Assembly (NCBI GenBank): GCA_951406725.2
Contig: OX597838.1
Location: forward strand, 44,082,001-44,146,000
Source of the DNA: Octopus vulgaris
Lineage: Eukaryota
Direction: 5' to 3'
Length of the DNA stretch: 64,000 nucleotides
How positions within the stretch are numbered: position 1 is the first letter of the stretch; each line of letters begins with the position of its first letter. Positions 13,803 to 27,540 of this stretch are shown here, piece after piece. The position numbers and the translations under genes were made by a program. Below the pieces are notes generated by a model. The model was not told the origin of the DNA. It saw only the letters and a program-made list of their open reading frames with translations, and searched no databases.

Positions 13803-16035
13803 TGTATGCATACATGTATGCATGCATGTATGTATTATGTATGTATGTATGTATGTATGTATGCATGTATGTATGTATTGTGTATGTATGTATGTATTAT
13901 GTATTATGTATGTATGTATGTATGCATGTATGTATGTATGTATATATGTATGTATGTATGTATGTATGCATGCATGCATGTATGTATGTATGTATGTATG
14001 TATGTGTGTATGTATGTATGTATGTATGTATGCATGCATGCATGTATGTATGTATGTATGTATGTATGTATGTATGTATGTATGTATGTATGTATGTATG
14101 TATGTATGTATGTATGTATGCATGCATGTATGTATGTATGTATGTTTGTATGTATGTATGTATGTTTGTATGTATGTATGTAAGTATGTATGTATGTATG
14201 TATGTATGTATGTATGTTTGTATGTATGTATGTATGTATGTATGTATGTATGTATGTATGTATGTATGTATGTATGTATGTATGTATGTATGTATGTATG
14301 TATGTATGTATGTATGTTTGTATGTATGTATGTATGTATGTATGTATGTATGTATGTATGTATGTTTGTATGTATGTATGTATGTATGTATGTATGTATG
14401 TATGTATGTATGTATGTATGTATGTATGTATGTATGTATGTATGTATGTATGTATGTATGTATGTATGTATGTATGTATGTATGTATGTATGTATGTATG
14501 TATGTATGTATGTATGTATGTATGTATGTATGTATGTATGTATGTATGTATGTATGTATGTATGTATGTATGTATGTATGTATGTATGTATGTATGTATG
14601 TATGTATGTATGTATGTATGTATGTATGTATGTATGTATGTATGTATGTATGTATGTATGTATGTATGTATGTATGTATGTATGTATGTTTGTATGTATG
14701 TATGTTTGTATGTATGTATGTATGTATGTATGTATGTATGTATGTATGTATGTATGTATGTATGTATGTATGTATGTATGTATGTATGTATGTATGTATG
14801 TATGTATGTATGTATGTATGTATGTATGTATGTATGTATGTATGTATGTATGTATGTATGTATGTATGTATGTATGTATGTATGTATGTATGTATGTATG
14901 TATGTATGTATGTATGTATGTATGTATGTATGTATGTATGTATGTATGTATGTATGTATGTATGTATGTATGTATGTATGTATGTATGTATGTATGTATG
15001 TATGTATGTATGTATGTATGTATGTATGTATGTATGTATGTATGTATGTATGTATGTATGTATGTATGTATGTATGTATGTATGTATGTATGTATGTATG
15101 TATGTATGTATGTATGTATGTATGTATGTATGTATGTATGTATGTATGTATGTATGTATTGTATGTATGTATGTATTGTATGTATGTATGTATGTATGTA
15201 TGTATGTATGTATGTATGTATGTATGTATGTATGTATGTATGTATGTATGTATGTATGTATGTATGTATGTATGTATGTATGTATGTATGTATGTATGTA
15301 TGTATGTATGTATGTATGTATGTATGTATGTATGTATGTATGTATGTATGTATGTATGTATGTATGTATGTATGTATGTATGTATGTATGTATGTATGTA
15401 TGTATGTATGTATGTATGTATGTATGTATGTATGTATGTATGTATGTATGTATGTATGTATGTATGTATGTATGTATGTATGTATGTATGTATGTATGTA
15501 TGTATGTATGTATGTATGTATGTATGTATGTATGTATGTATGTATGTATGTATGTATGTATGTATGTATGTATGTATGTATGTATGTATGTATGTATGTA
15601 TGTATGTATGTATGTATGTATGTATGTATGTATGTATGTATGTATGTATGTATGTATGTATGTATGTATGTATGTATGTATGTATGTATGTATGTATGTA
15701 TGTATGTATGTATGTATGTATGTATGTATGTATGTATGTATGTATGTATGTATGTATGTATGTATGTATGTATGTATGTATGTATGTATGTATGTATGTA
15801 TGTATGTATGTATGTATGTATGTATGTATGTATGTATGTATGTATGTATGTATGTATGTATGTATGTATGTATGTATGTATGTATGTATGTATGTATGTA
15901 TGTATGTATGTATGTATGTATGTATGTTTGTATGTATGTATGTATGTATGTATGTATGTTTGTATGTATGTATGTATGTATGTATGTATGTATGTATGTA
16001 TGTATGTATGTATGCATGCATGCATGTGTGTATAT
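13424..16035. repeat. About 2.6-kb (TATG)n microsatellite array
   Basis: Direct reading. The left about 750 bp is degenerate and the core is nearly pure. It explains the 600-800 aa MYVC/HTYI pseudo-ORFs. Confidence 0.98.
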
Positions 16036-16395
16036 GTGTAGATTTGTATGTTTTGCTTCGTTCATGTATTCCCATGCATTATATAGTGGCATATCGAGCT
16101 ATGCTCCGATAAACATCTGGAAAAACTTCTACAGATTTCTGCAGTTCCGGTGATGGATTGGATCTGAGGTCTTCGAATTAGCTTTGCCTAATTTCTCAAG
16201 ATTGGTATTTAGGTAGTGTGTTACTCATCCCAGAACCCCAATAATTACAGGTATAAACCTGAGAGAGTAACTGCAGATTTCTCAATAGTTCAGCGTACTG
16301 CTTGATATCTTGGGGAAGTGTCTTCTACTATAGTCTCGGTCAGACCAAAGCCTTCTGAGTGGATTTGGCTGATGGAAACTGAAAGAAGCCCGTTG

Positions 16396-16613
<218 letters not shown>

Positions 16614-17079
16614 TTGACGGATGTGATGTCAGTTCAGCTCCGAAGGTAATCATTTATTTTGACTATTTATAGGCCAATTTTTGTGTAGATTTTTGCAAAT
16701 AAGGTGTGTAAGGCAACCAACTTTCGTTTGAGTGCTTTTCCAAGGGAGGAATTCGCCCCTAGGGGCAGTTTCAACCCCATTTCATTTCTGTAATTTTCTT
16801 CTCGACATTAGAAAATGTCTAGAAATTTTATTGTTGAACGCTGGTCGTGTTCTTTTATGGAACAACATTTTCCTAGTCTGGAAACGATAGAGAAAAAAAA
16901 GAACGTTCGCACGGAAAATGTAAACGTAAAATTCGGTGAAATGAACGCTGCAACCACGTGCGTTAACAGCCCTGTCACCACCGCCACCACCACCACTAAC
17001 AACAGCAACCACGAGACAACAACTGCTACCACCACCACCTCCACCACCACCACCACCACCACTACCACGACCAACATAA

Positions 17080-18711
17080 ATGATAAAAATAAAACTGAAA
17101 CGAAAACTATTGACAAAAAACAACAGCAACAACAAGGACAACAATAAAAATGAACTATCTAATAGTGAAGATGTTAATACGAAAAAATCAACAACATCAG
17201 TAAATTTCGCAGACATTCTTCACCAAAAGAAGGAAATTGTTACATTCACAAATGAAGAGCTCATAGAGACAAGAGCTCTCTTTACAACCCGTGGACAAGA
17301 TTTAGTCTTGCATACACCTCAACATATAAAACAAGAAATAGAAAATAAGACAATTGTATATAAAATTATTAGAAAAACCAAAAAACCAAATGAACAGATT
17401 ACAAAAACTGATGTGGAGAAATGTTTAAAAAACATAATGAAAGAAAAAGAGTATATAAACTGGGGTCCCCAGTTTAACACAGTAGTGGTCCGCTTCCCTA
17501 ACCAGGAAGTGGCAAAAGCTCACTCTACTGAGTCTCTGGGAAATGATGAAATCATCATGGTCCCTTATTATAAAAACCAGAGGGTGAGTAGAATTACTAT
17601 CAGAAATGTACCCCCCGATATGCCGAACAAATGGATAACAGGGGCAATCTGTTACCACTTGAAAAAGATCAATATTTTAGAAACAGCCGTGTACCTAAAC
17701 GACAATTGGGGTGGAAAAACAGTAGTAGTGACCATCCAGATTGAGGGGGCCTCTATCGAGAGCCTACCCGACAAGATATACTTTGAGAATGGGCAATGCC
17801 TATATGTTATGGCAGAAGGCAAAAAGCCTAGATGCTACAAATGTGGCAGCCCCGAACATTTGATTGCCAAGTGCGATCTGGTACAGAAAAAACAAGAAAG
17901 AACAATTCAGAAAACAAATAAAATCCCTTTGTTGCCAACACCAACACCAACACCAACACACTCAATTATGGAACAATGCCAAGAAAAACAACAAACCAGC
18001 AAACAAGCCCCAACAACATCACCAAGAAAAACAGTACCAACACAATCACCGTTGACTTCACAACCAATTAAACCTGTTGAATTAACAAGAAATAGACCCA
18101 CGCCCACACCCAGGACGACAATTAAAAAGACAGAAAACACTGACGAGAAGACAAATGCTACCCCTAACACCACAACAACACAAACACCGCACAAAACATC
18201 AACAATTTATACAAGCATACATAGTAATGCAAATGTTTTGCCTCTACCCCATACTGATACGTCGGACGACGAAAGTTCGACGGAATGGCATATAGCCACA
18301 GGGGGTAAAAGAAAAAGATTCAAAAAATCCACCAAACAAGGAAGTAAAGCAGGGCGATATCTAACTCAGGACAACATCCCCCTAGACAATCAAAAAAGTA
18401 ATGAACCCGTAAAACCACACACACAACTAACTGCAATAGACACAGACAATAAAGAATTAATGGACTACATCAAATCTAACATGGTCGTCTGTGAAGATGA
18501 CTTTAAGACAAACAATCATCCGCACACCACACCACCGAAACACATCAGAATTTTACACATAACACAAGCACAACACCACATACTGAAAACAATATTTCCG
18601 AATGCGGTAGGCGGGTATCAACGATACCTGTCGAAAAAACTATACAAACACCTCATCAAAAACGATACAAAAGAAGAAGAAAAAAATGAAACTTTTAAAA
18701 TGAGTAAGTGA
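17080..18711 (+). CDS. LINE ORF1 nucleic-acid-binding protein (true start probably 16815, with a frameshift near 17115-17120)
   Basis: RRM-like region (ITIRNVPPDM), zinc knuckle CYKCGSPEHLIAKC, low-complexity P/T/K tail. The upstream overlapping ORF 16815-17147 joins it if one A is removed from the A-run. Confidence 0.85.
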   Translation: MIKIKLKRKLLTKNNSNNKDNNKNELSNSEDVNTKKSTTSVNFADILHQKKEIVTFTNEELIETRALFTTRGQDLVLHTPQHIKQEIENKTIVYKIIRKTKKPNEQITKTDVEKCLKNIMKEKEYINWGPQFNTVVVRFPNQEVAKAHSTESLGNDEIIMVPYYKNQRVSRITIRNVPPDMPNKWITGAICYHLKKINILETAVYLNDNWGGKTVVVTIQIEGASIESLPDKIYFENGQCLYVMAEGKKPRCYKCGSPEHLIAKCDLVQKKQERTIQKTNKIPLLPTPTPTPTHSIMEQCQEKQQTSKQAPTTSPRKTVPTQSPLTSQPIKPVELTRNRPTPTPRTTIKKTENTDEKTNATPNTTTTQTPHKTSTIYTSIHSNANVLPLPHTDTSDDESSTEWHIATGGKRKRFKKSTKQGSKAGRYLTQDNIPLDNQKSNEPVKPHTQLTAIDTDNKELMDYIKSNMVVCEDDFKTNNHPHTTPPKHIRILHITQAQHHILKTIFPNAVGGYQRYLSKKLYKHLIKNDTKEEEKNETFKMSK

Positions 18712-18768
18712 CCTCACTTCTTGCCTCTTGTCTCTTCTAATATAGTGTGTAAAACACAATTTTCGTAA

Positions 18769-19704
18769 ATGTCAAGTATGCTTAAATTAGGTTGTGTGAA
18801 TGCGCGTGGCTTGGCGTCGGCTTGGAAGCAAGATTACCTTCTAAACGACATCAAGTCACTGAACGTGGATATAGTAGCTATCAGTGAAACCAGACTCAGT
18901 AAGCTGCGGGCCCTCGAGTCCATGTTTGGCAATCAATTTGACATTTATTTTTTTCCCTGTCTGCCGAACATGGGTGGTGGAGGTACTGCGGTGCTTTTTC
19001 GAAAGAGTCTAAAGGTAAAAGTAAGAGCAATATTCCTAGACCCGGAGGGTAGGCTGGTTGTCTTGGACGTGGATGGCAGAAATGGGTGTGCATTCCGTCT
19101 GATGGCAGTTTATGCACCGTCCTTAACGGGTCGGGCGGATTTCTTCAGACGTCTAGAGGTTTTCCTGGGTACGTCTAGACCTTTACTGTTAGTAGGGGAT
19201 TGGAACGCTACCTTGGACACGCATCTAGATTATGTGGGAAGGGATAGGAATAGAAGGGGGTGTAAGAGCCTCAAAGACCTGCTCAGACGTTTCCATTTGT
19301 CTGACAGGTTCCGACTTGACCATCCGAATGTGCAAACGTGGACTTGGACAAACCGCGTCGGATCGTCGAGATCTTATCTAGATAGAATTCTATGCAGGAC
19401 AGCGGATAGTGTAGGATGTCCACAATTTAAAATAGTCAGCTACACAGATCACAAATTTGTTACGTGTACGCTCGACTTAGATAAAACACATAGGCAGGGT
19501 CCCGGTTACTGGAAACTGAACACGTCGCTGTTAGCGGGACAGGTTTACAGGAACCGGATTAGCGAGTTAATTAAGAGGGCGCTGACGGGAGCGGTCGTTA
19601 ACAACCGCTGGTGGTACGCCCTGAAAATGGCAATAAAATCGGAATCAATTAGGTTTAGCCAGGAATTAGCGATAGAACGAAATAGAGTAGAGGGAGACTT
19701 TTAA
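18769..19704 (+). CDS. LINE ORF2 N-terminal AP endonuclease domain (frameshifted from the RT part)
   Basis: Motifs NARGL, ISET, VYAP, VGDWN, SYLDRI, TDH and WKLN. Confidence 0.93.
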   Translation: MSSMLKLGCVNARGLASAWKQDYLLNDIKSLNVDIVAISETRLSKLRALESMFGNQFDIYFFPCLPNMGGGGTAVLFRKSLKVKVRAIFLDPEGRLVVLDVDGRNGCAFRLMAVYAPSLTGRADFFRRLEVFLGTSRPLLLVGDWNATLDTHLDYVGRDRNRRGCKSLKDLLRRFHLSDRFRLDHPNVQTWTWTNRVGSSRSYLDRILCRTADSVGCPQFKIVSYTDHKFVTCTLDLDKTHRQGPGYWKLNTSLLAGQVYRNRISELIKRALTGAVVNNRWWYALKMAIKSESIRFSQELAIERNRVEGDF

Positions 19705-19744
19705 GAAACTAGAAGAGGCACTTACCACTGGCAGCGCAACCAAC

Positions 19745-22210
19745 GTGCTGGCTGCGAGGATGGCCCTCGACCAACACCTCAACGCCAAGCACGAAGGTTG
19801 CGTCGTCAGAGCTAAAATGCGTGCCTTAAGGAACGAAGGGATTGAAGCTGCGCGAGAGGCCCGGGTAGCGGAGGCGCAGCGTGGCAACAGATCAACCATT
19901 CGGTCTCTAATAGATCAACAGGGATGCAGTTTACTCGAACCCGAAAGGATGTGTGAGGCCTTTCAACAGCACTTTGCTCGACTGTTTGGTGCGAGTGGTG
20001 GGTCGGAACGAGGGATGGATTTCAGTGCCTACCTGACCGACCTGCCGCGGCTCTCGGCAAGAGAAGCGGAGTGTTGTGAAAGTCCCATCGCAGCCGCTGA
20101 CGTGTGGGATGCGATGGCAAGCTGCGCGAGGGATAAGTCGCCCGGATTGGATGGTTTACCCTACGAGCTGTATTGTCGAATGCCAGACTTGTTTGGCGAC
20201 CTCTTGGCATCAGTCTACTGCAACTGGCAACAAAACGGGAGAATCCCCGGTCTCGTGAGCCGAGGTGCAGTGACGTTGCTGAAGAAAGACTCAAACAAGG
20301 GGAATTTTATAGATTATTTCAGGCCCATCACTCTGCTCAACGCAGATTTGAAAATTTTGGCCAAAGTAATAGCCGAGAGGTTGGCGCTTGTCATTGGTAA
20401 ACTGGTCGACAGGGCGCAAACATGCGCCGTGCCGGGCAGAACCATACATGACAACCTCCATCTGATGCGCTACATTGTGGACAGGGTAGTTAAGGATCCT
20501 GGCATGGGTGGGGCGCTGATCAATTTGGATCAGTCTAAAGCCTTCGATAGGGTCGACCATCGGTACTTGGCGGCCGTCCTCAGGGCGTTTGGCTTCGGTC
20601 CCGTCTTCCGCGGTTGGATCGCTGCCTTGTATAGCGGCATCCGATCGGTGATTCGGGTGAACGGTCACCTGTCGAAACCGTTTGACATCACGCGTTCGGT
20701 CCGTCAGGGGTGTCCCCTGTCGGCGCTTCTGTATGTATTGACTCTCGAGCCGCTACTGCGGAAGCTGGCGACACTGAGGGGCATCCCACGGGAACTGGGT
20801 TGCGGGACGAGCGTGTCGGCATATGCGGACGATGTCACCGTCATAGTGTCGAGCGACAAACACATCAAGATGATAGGCGAGACACTAAGAAAATACGAAA
20901 CGGTGACGGGGGCGAAGATTAACCCGGAAAAGTCAGTGGGTTTGCTACTCGGCACCTGGAGAACCAAGCCCATGCCTTCCGACTACGGCTCAGTAGTGGG
21001 ACGCTGGACGGACGGACCGGTTAAATTGCTCGGGGTCTGGTTCAGTCCGGACCTCCAAATGGAGAAGAACTGGGACGAGATCACGAGTAGAGTGGTCGCT
21101 CTCAGCCAAACATGGGCCGAGAGAAAGCTGTCTCTAAAAGGCCGGGCGGAGGTGGCGAACGCGTACATCGCATCCGTCATCGATTACCGCCTGACCGTCG
21201 TGCCTTGTCCCGACGCCACCATCACCAAACTGGAACGCATACTCTTCCGCTTCCTGTGGAAGGGTGGCGTTCCGATGGTGAGGAAGTCCATTTGCTGTCA
21301 ACATCCGTTGAATGGAGGACTGGGCATGCCGTGGTTGATGATGCGCAGGCATGCGCTGAGACTGCGACATCTCTGGAAATTCATCGACGACGGTGAACAG
21401 GTGTGGGCGCCGTTTGTGAGGCGCGCCTTCCCGCAGCTCGTCTCACTGACCGAACTGCAAACGTGGATCAAAAAGAGACCGAAACTGGGCGATTGGCACC
21501 GAGAGTGTCGCCAAGCTCTACAGCAGCTCTGCCGACCCGGGTCAAACTTGTGCAACTTCCAAACGACTAAAGCGTTCTATAGAGGACTAGTGGAGGGGAG
21601 GTCCGACGACACACTCGGGGCAAACCTGGGCGTCGACGAGGAATTCCTAAGCCGCCTGTTCAGAACGACGTTCGGGCTGGGGCCTATGGATAACTTCCAG
21701 AAATCCCTGGCTTGGCAGTGCTATCGAGACGCACTACCTGTTCGAGAGAAGAGCTACAGACACGGTTCGAAAACCATCACCGGACCGACCTGCCCGAGAT
21801 GCGGTCAGAGCGACGAAACCGTTCTGCACGCACTCGTGCAGTGTCCAGATATTTCAGAGCTGTGGTCCTTCGTCGAACAGCTGTTGTCACGTGTAGGTCA
21901 GGCTCGCCTATCGGCCGAGTCTATCGTGAGTATTGTTCCACCACCTTCCTTTAAACGGGAAGGGAAAACGGTTTTCGTTACGCTGATGGCTATGGCGAAA
22001 GAATGTGTGTGGTGGACGCGTTTGAAAGGACTGCAAACAAACACCTTCCTCTCTGGTCAGTCTCTCGTCAACTTTTTCAAGTACCACTTGAAAAGGAGGA
22101 TGAGAATAGAGAGGAAGGCTTTGTCGAACGAATGTTTTAATAAAAAGTGGGTAAAAGTGGCAAAAATGGTCAGTATGAAAGACGACACTATTTTAAGCAT
22201 AAATCTGTAA
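19745..22210 (+). CDS. LINE ORF2 reverse transcriptase + C-terminal CCHC (continuation after a frameshift at about 19700)
   Basis: KSPGLDG, FRPITLLN, DQSKAFDRVDH, VRQGCPLS, YADD, GGLG and CPRCGQSDETVLHALVQC. Confidence 0.96.
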   Translation: MLAARMALDQHLNAKHEGCVVRAKMRALRNEGIEAAREARVAEAQRGNRSTIRSLIDQQGCSLLEPERMCEAFQQHFARLFGASGGSERGMDFSAYLTDLPRLSAREAECCESPIAAADVWDAMASCARDKSPGLDGLPYELYCRMPDLFGDLLASVYCNWQQNGRIPGLVSRGAVTLLKKDSNKGNFIDYFRPITLLNADLKILAKVIAERLALVIGKLVDRAQTCAVPGRTIHDNLHLMRYIVDRVVKDPGMGGALINLDQSKAFDRVDHRYLAAVLRAFGFGPVFRGWIAALYSGIRSVIRVNGHLSKPFDITRSVRQGCPLSALLYVLTLEPLLRKLATLRGIPRELGCGTSVSAYADDVTVIVSSDKHIKMIGETLRKYETVTGAKINPEKSVGLLLGTWRTKPMPSDYGSVVGRWTDGPVKLLGVWFSPDLQMEKNWDEITSRVVALSQTWAERKLSLKGRAEVANAYIASVIDYRLTVVPCPDATITKLERILFRFLWKGGVPMVRKSICCQHPLNGGLGMPWLMMRRHALRLRHLWKFIDDGEQVWAPFVRRAFPQLVSLTELQTWIKKRPKLGDWHRECRQALQQLCRPGSNLCNFQTTKAFYRGLVEGRSDDTLGANLGVDEEFLSRLFRTTFGLGPMDNFQKSLAWQCYRDALPVREKSYRHGSKTITGPTCPRCGQSDETVLHALVQCPDISELWSFVEQLLSRVGQARLSAESIVSIVPPPSFKREGKTVFVTLMAMAKECVWWTRLKGLQTNTFLSGQSLVNFFKYHLKRRMRIERKALSNECFNKKWVKVAKMVSMKDDTILSINL

Positions 22211-22687
22211 CCAAAAGAGACAACGAGAAGTAAGGCGACTTACTCATGTGTTCTTTTTCGAATTGTCTAAGGTGACCTCGGTCTTTTTTGTAGGTTTTTC
22301 TTTCCAAGACTACACCTAAACTGTGAACCTTATATATATATATATATATTGCTTTTTATACACCACACAACCCACAGATCCCTATTGATCAAACGTTTTT
22401 TTTTTTTTTTTTTTTTTGCCCCACGCATCCCACCTCGAAAAGAAAAAAATCTACATTGTATTTCGTCCATTTTTATTCTGTGTTTAGCCCTGTGTGGCTA
22501 CAATAAAAAGTTATCTATCTATCCATCTGTCTGTCTGTCTATCAGACTTTCTGTCCGTCTGTCTGCATGTCTGTAAATTCCTGGAACATTCAGCGCTAGA
22601 ATAACTAATTTGATACAAGAACGATTAGGAGACGATTATAATTAGAATCTTAAACAGTAAAGTGGCATGCATATATGTATGTGTGTG

Positions 22688-22741
<54 letters not shown>

Positions 22742-22745
<4 letters not shown>

Positions 22746-23840
22746 GAACTTAAAACAAATAATATAGGATACAAACTAAAATGGGATATAGTTAGGAGGG
22801 CAAAACCTTATAGAAATAGTGGAGTAGGCTGTCAACTTTGTTCTATGGAAACCTATGAAATTTTAAGTATCGAAGTAACAAAAATCTACTGAATAATCGT
22901 CTAGAGTTAGGATGATCTTGCATACATTCCACAACTAGAACATTTAAATACTTTAAATAGAAATTTAAGTTTTCCTACATGTTCAAACTTTAACTTTTTA
23001 ATATAATAATAATATCAGATATACTATACTAACATTTAATTTACTTTCATAGTCGACTAGAATAACTTCACTGTATTCTTGAATTTTGATCTTTCCCCAA
23101 ATCTATTCTAATTTTAACATTTAACACTATTCCCCCAGTTATAAAACACGATACCTACTATAAATTAGATGTTAGGTTTGTTCCCCTACCATTTGTAAAG
23201 GAATTTAAATTGACCTCTCGACATTGACCTAGATTTTCTTCTCACCACATAAAAAAACTGGCTTTTTGTTCTAGGGACAATTCCCTTTATGTATTCTAAA
23301 TTCTTTCTTTCTTCTGCAACTAACTTAGATCCCTTTTACAGTATTCTATCACATCCCCTTACCCAAATTCCTATTACTAAAAAAATTCTGATGGCTCTTA
23401 GTTGTAAGTAGGGTTTTGGTCAGTTAGTATCTGACCTAAAACCCCATATGTTCCTAAGAATGCAATGATCCTTCTACACTGACCCAATTTTTCTTGTCAC
23501 CACATAGTTAAATTGACCTTTTGTTCTAGTGACAATCTGTTCTTCTTTTACTTATCCTGAATTTCCTCCTCCTTTCTTCAACTGACTTGAATTCTTTACC
23601 TACCATTACCCCAATCCTTATAACTAAGGAAATTTTCTTACAGCAGTCAGTTGTAACCGAGGTTTTGGTCAGTTGACATCTGAACTACACGACCTCATGT
23701 TCCTAAGATTCACATCTACATCTTTATCTGTATATTTACCTTCCCTAAGATGTTATTAATTGATTGGAAAACTTTATATTATTGGAAAACCTATATAAAA
23801 TTTAGCTGAAGATTACTCAGCATTTTAAATCTGCTGTAAT
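22742..23840 (+). mobile_element. Penelope-like element 3' fragment with an internal duplication and truncated HHR
   Basis: WELKTNNIGYKLKWDIVRRAKPY....CQLCSMETYEIL matches the PLE GIY-YIG tail. About 255-bp tandem duplication (23222 and 23477). CTGAAGA at 23806 followed by a helix-II-like hairpin. Confidence 0.7.
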
Positions 23841-23919
23841 ATTATTATTATATATACATTTTTATATTATATATACATAATTTTAATCTTATTATTATTA
23901 TTATGAATACCCTGATATA

Positions 23920-24470
23920 GTACCAGCCAGTCACTCTCATGGCTTCTGATCTTAGCTGATTGGAATGTTACCATGTACGTTTATCTTGGTATAAAAGATG
24001 GGCTACAGCAAACATTCTACTCAATACTAGAAATTTGCTTGTCAGTTGCTTTACCTTAACCAGTTGAGCATGCCCCTTAGTGGCTGACGATATGTGCATC
24101 TGTGATCATGAGCAAAAGTGGTGAAGGAGCATCATAGCCATGTGTTGAGAGGAATTCTTTGGAGTTCGAACAATTCACCACTTGAAACATAGGTGTTTTG
24201 TTCATCATCCTTAAACAACCCTTATTCAAGAACCTTTTGAGCGGGATGGGCTACCCAACCTCAAGACAATTCTAATTAGGGTCCACCTGCTAGGTCATGC
24301 GCTGTTTATCTTGATATCAGATCACCATGTTACGCACATATGGTTGTGATGCATGTGCCTTGTGATGCATAAACGGGTTGCCATGATTGGCATATTGTTC
24401 TTCGTATATTTGTACCCCAGTGTCACTTTGATGACATGCGCTGATCCCTCACTCAATAAAATAATAATAA
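23920..24470 (+). mobile_element. Interspersed repeat ending in (TAA)n, probable LINE 3' region, unclassified
   Basis: Higher-complexity block ending cactcaataaaataataat. No motif was identified. Confidence 0.35.
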
Positions 24471-24623
24471 TAACAATAATGATGATGATGATGATGATAA
24501 TAATAAAGGTCAAATCAATAGTGTGTTTTATTGTTGAAAGATGGCCATCGCCATATATATAACTACTTGTTTCAACACACAATTTCATATCAAGAAAATT
24601 ATAAATCACATACATAAACGTAT

Positions 24624-24667
<44 letters not shown>

Positions 24668-25461
24668 ACACACACACACACACATAAATATATATATATA
24701 TATATACACACATATAAAACTATAGAGCGAAAAACCGCTTGAAAAAGACACACAGATTGAAAATGCTATCTCAACTATTCCTTGCGAAATACAGCAAAAA
24801 ATGATTAAAAATGTCATAAGAAATGTCACATGATCATGTTCATTTTAATTAGAAAAGGAAAAAAAACACAGAAACAAAACAAATAACAATACAGTTCCTT
24901 TCCTGACTTCTATTATTCTTTAATTAGCTTGGTCAGTAAATGAATAGCTTTGAGGTTCAGATTCACTTAACGTTAACACACAAAGCTAATTAATAACTAA
25001 TCAATATGGTATTTTTAAATTTAATCATCAATATTATATTTTTTATTCATCAATAATATACTTTCAATTTTTGTCTTTTTTTGTTATTTTTTTTTATTTG
25101 CCAAGTTAAATTAGTATTGAATTCACATCATTAGTGATATAAATTTATAAATTTTATTGTTTGCAATATTTTTGTCTGTATCATTTTCCTTTTGGTTGTA
25201 AGTTGGTTTATTTTTTGTTTAAGGTATCATTATGTTTTCATGTGTCATGTGTACTGTCCTCTCATATTTCAACGGATTTTAAGTATGCAAATATATATAT
25301 ACACATATATACATATTTTATCTATATGTTTGAATGTGTGCATGCGTTTGTGTGTGTGTGTATTTGTTAGTTTATATGCACATAACTTTTTCGTATAAAC
25401 TATTACCAATTTATACATTTATATTTATACAAGTGCACTTATATATACAAGTACATATATT

Positions 25462-25743
25462 ACGTGATCACGTGACCGACCAGGCTATCAGATGTTGCTA
25501 CACATCGCTGGTCACAATGCGCTTCGCATTGTTTCAGTCTTCAAATGACGCCACTCCGCTGGCTAAGCGAGCAGGCCAACAGAAGAAAGAGTGAAAGAAA
25601 GTTGCGGCGAAAGAGTACAGCAGGAATCGCCACCATCCCCTGCCGGAGCCGCGTGGAGCTTTGGGTGTTTTCGCTCGATAAGTACTCACAATCAAAACCG
25701 CGATCCTACGACCGCGAGTCCGCTGCCCTAACCACTGGGCCAT
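25462..25743 (-). mobile_element. tRNA-derived SINE, family D
   Basis: tRNA-like head ggcccagtggttagggcagcggactcgcggtc. Homologous to 62037-62316 (+). Confidence 0.88.
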
Positions 25744-25800
25744 TATACTATATATATATGTATAAGTGTATATATATATAGTATGTATAATATATATATA

Positions 25801-26175
25801 TGAGTTCAGCAAAATTTAGATTCAGATGAATATGGTACTTAAGTCAAAGGCACCAGAATTTGGTGTGGTATTATCCATATAAATCAAATGGGGTGATTAT
25901 AATCAAAATAGGCAACAAGGATATCCAAGTTAGTGTAGTACAATTGTTTCATGCTACTTCATTTTATTAAACACTGTAAGTATTACATCAGTTTTAAAAT
26001 GTCGAGCAATCTTCAGCCACATATAGAATTTTTTAATTAAATGGAGAATGTACATTTTTTATACTTATTTCATTTGCCAACATTACAAAGAGTGTTGATA
26101 CAGTGTTTAATAAAATGAAGTAGCATGAAACAATTGTACTACACTACCTTGGATATCCTTGTTGCTTATTTTGAT
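25801..26175 (-). mobile_element. Foldback PLE-like element between TA tracts
   Basis: Near-perfect inverted arms at 25902-25978 and 26099-26175. Contains an HHR. Confidence 0.8.
25934..26021 (-). ncRNA. Type I hammerhead ribozyme motif
   Basis: tgtgg CTGAAGA ttgct...agcat GAAAC aatt GTA ctaca. 5-bp helix I; palindromic helix III acaattgt. Confidence 0.75.
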
Positions 26176-26194
26176 ATATATTTATATATATATA

Positions 26195-27326
<1,132 letters not shown>

Positions 27327-27540
27327 AAAGAATTTGACTAAGCGTCGTATATATCACCTAGCCATTCACTGTCTCGATTGACAACTCATTGAACTTCATT
27401 TAACTCAGTTAAACCTACCTTCTAAGACATTTATCTTTAGCTATTTTATGAACTGAAGGAGCTTCTAAAAAGCTGTCCATTAAACAAACGCTATATTTTA
27501 TATTAGTGTGTAAACGTGTGTGTGTGTGTGTGTGTATGTA

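Larger units (their letters stand above)
16614..22511 (+). mobile_element. Near full-length Tx1/L1-clade non-LTR retrotransposon
   Basis: ORF1 (CCHC) and ORF2 (APE-RT-CCHC). Inr-like TCAGTT at 16629. 3' end aataaaaag. CTAT repeats on both sides. Confidence 0.95.

Noticed and set aside
13603-16153. 600-800 aa ORFs (MYVC/HTYI repeats) and the many YI/LSIY/HT ORFs elsewhere
   Set aside because: Translations of stop-free microsatellites, not genes.
20022-21954. Multiple alternative-frame and antisense ORFs
   Set aside because: Shadows of the GC-rich LINE ORF2.
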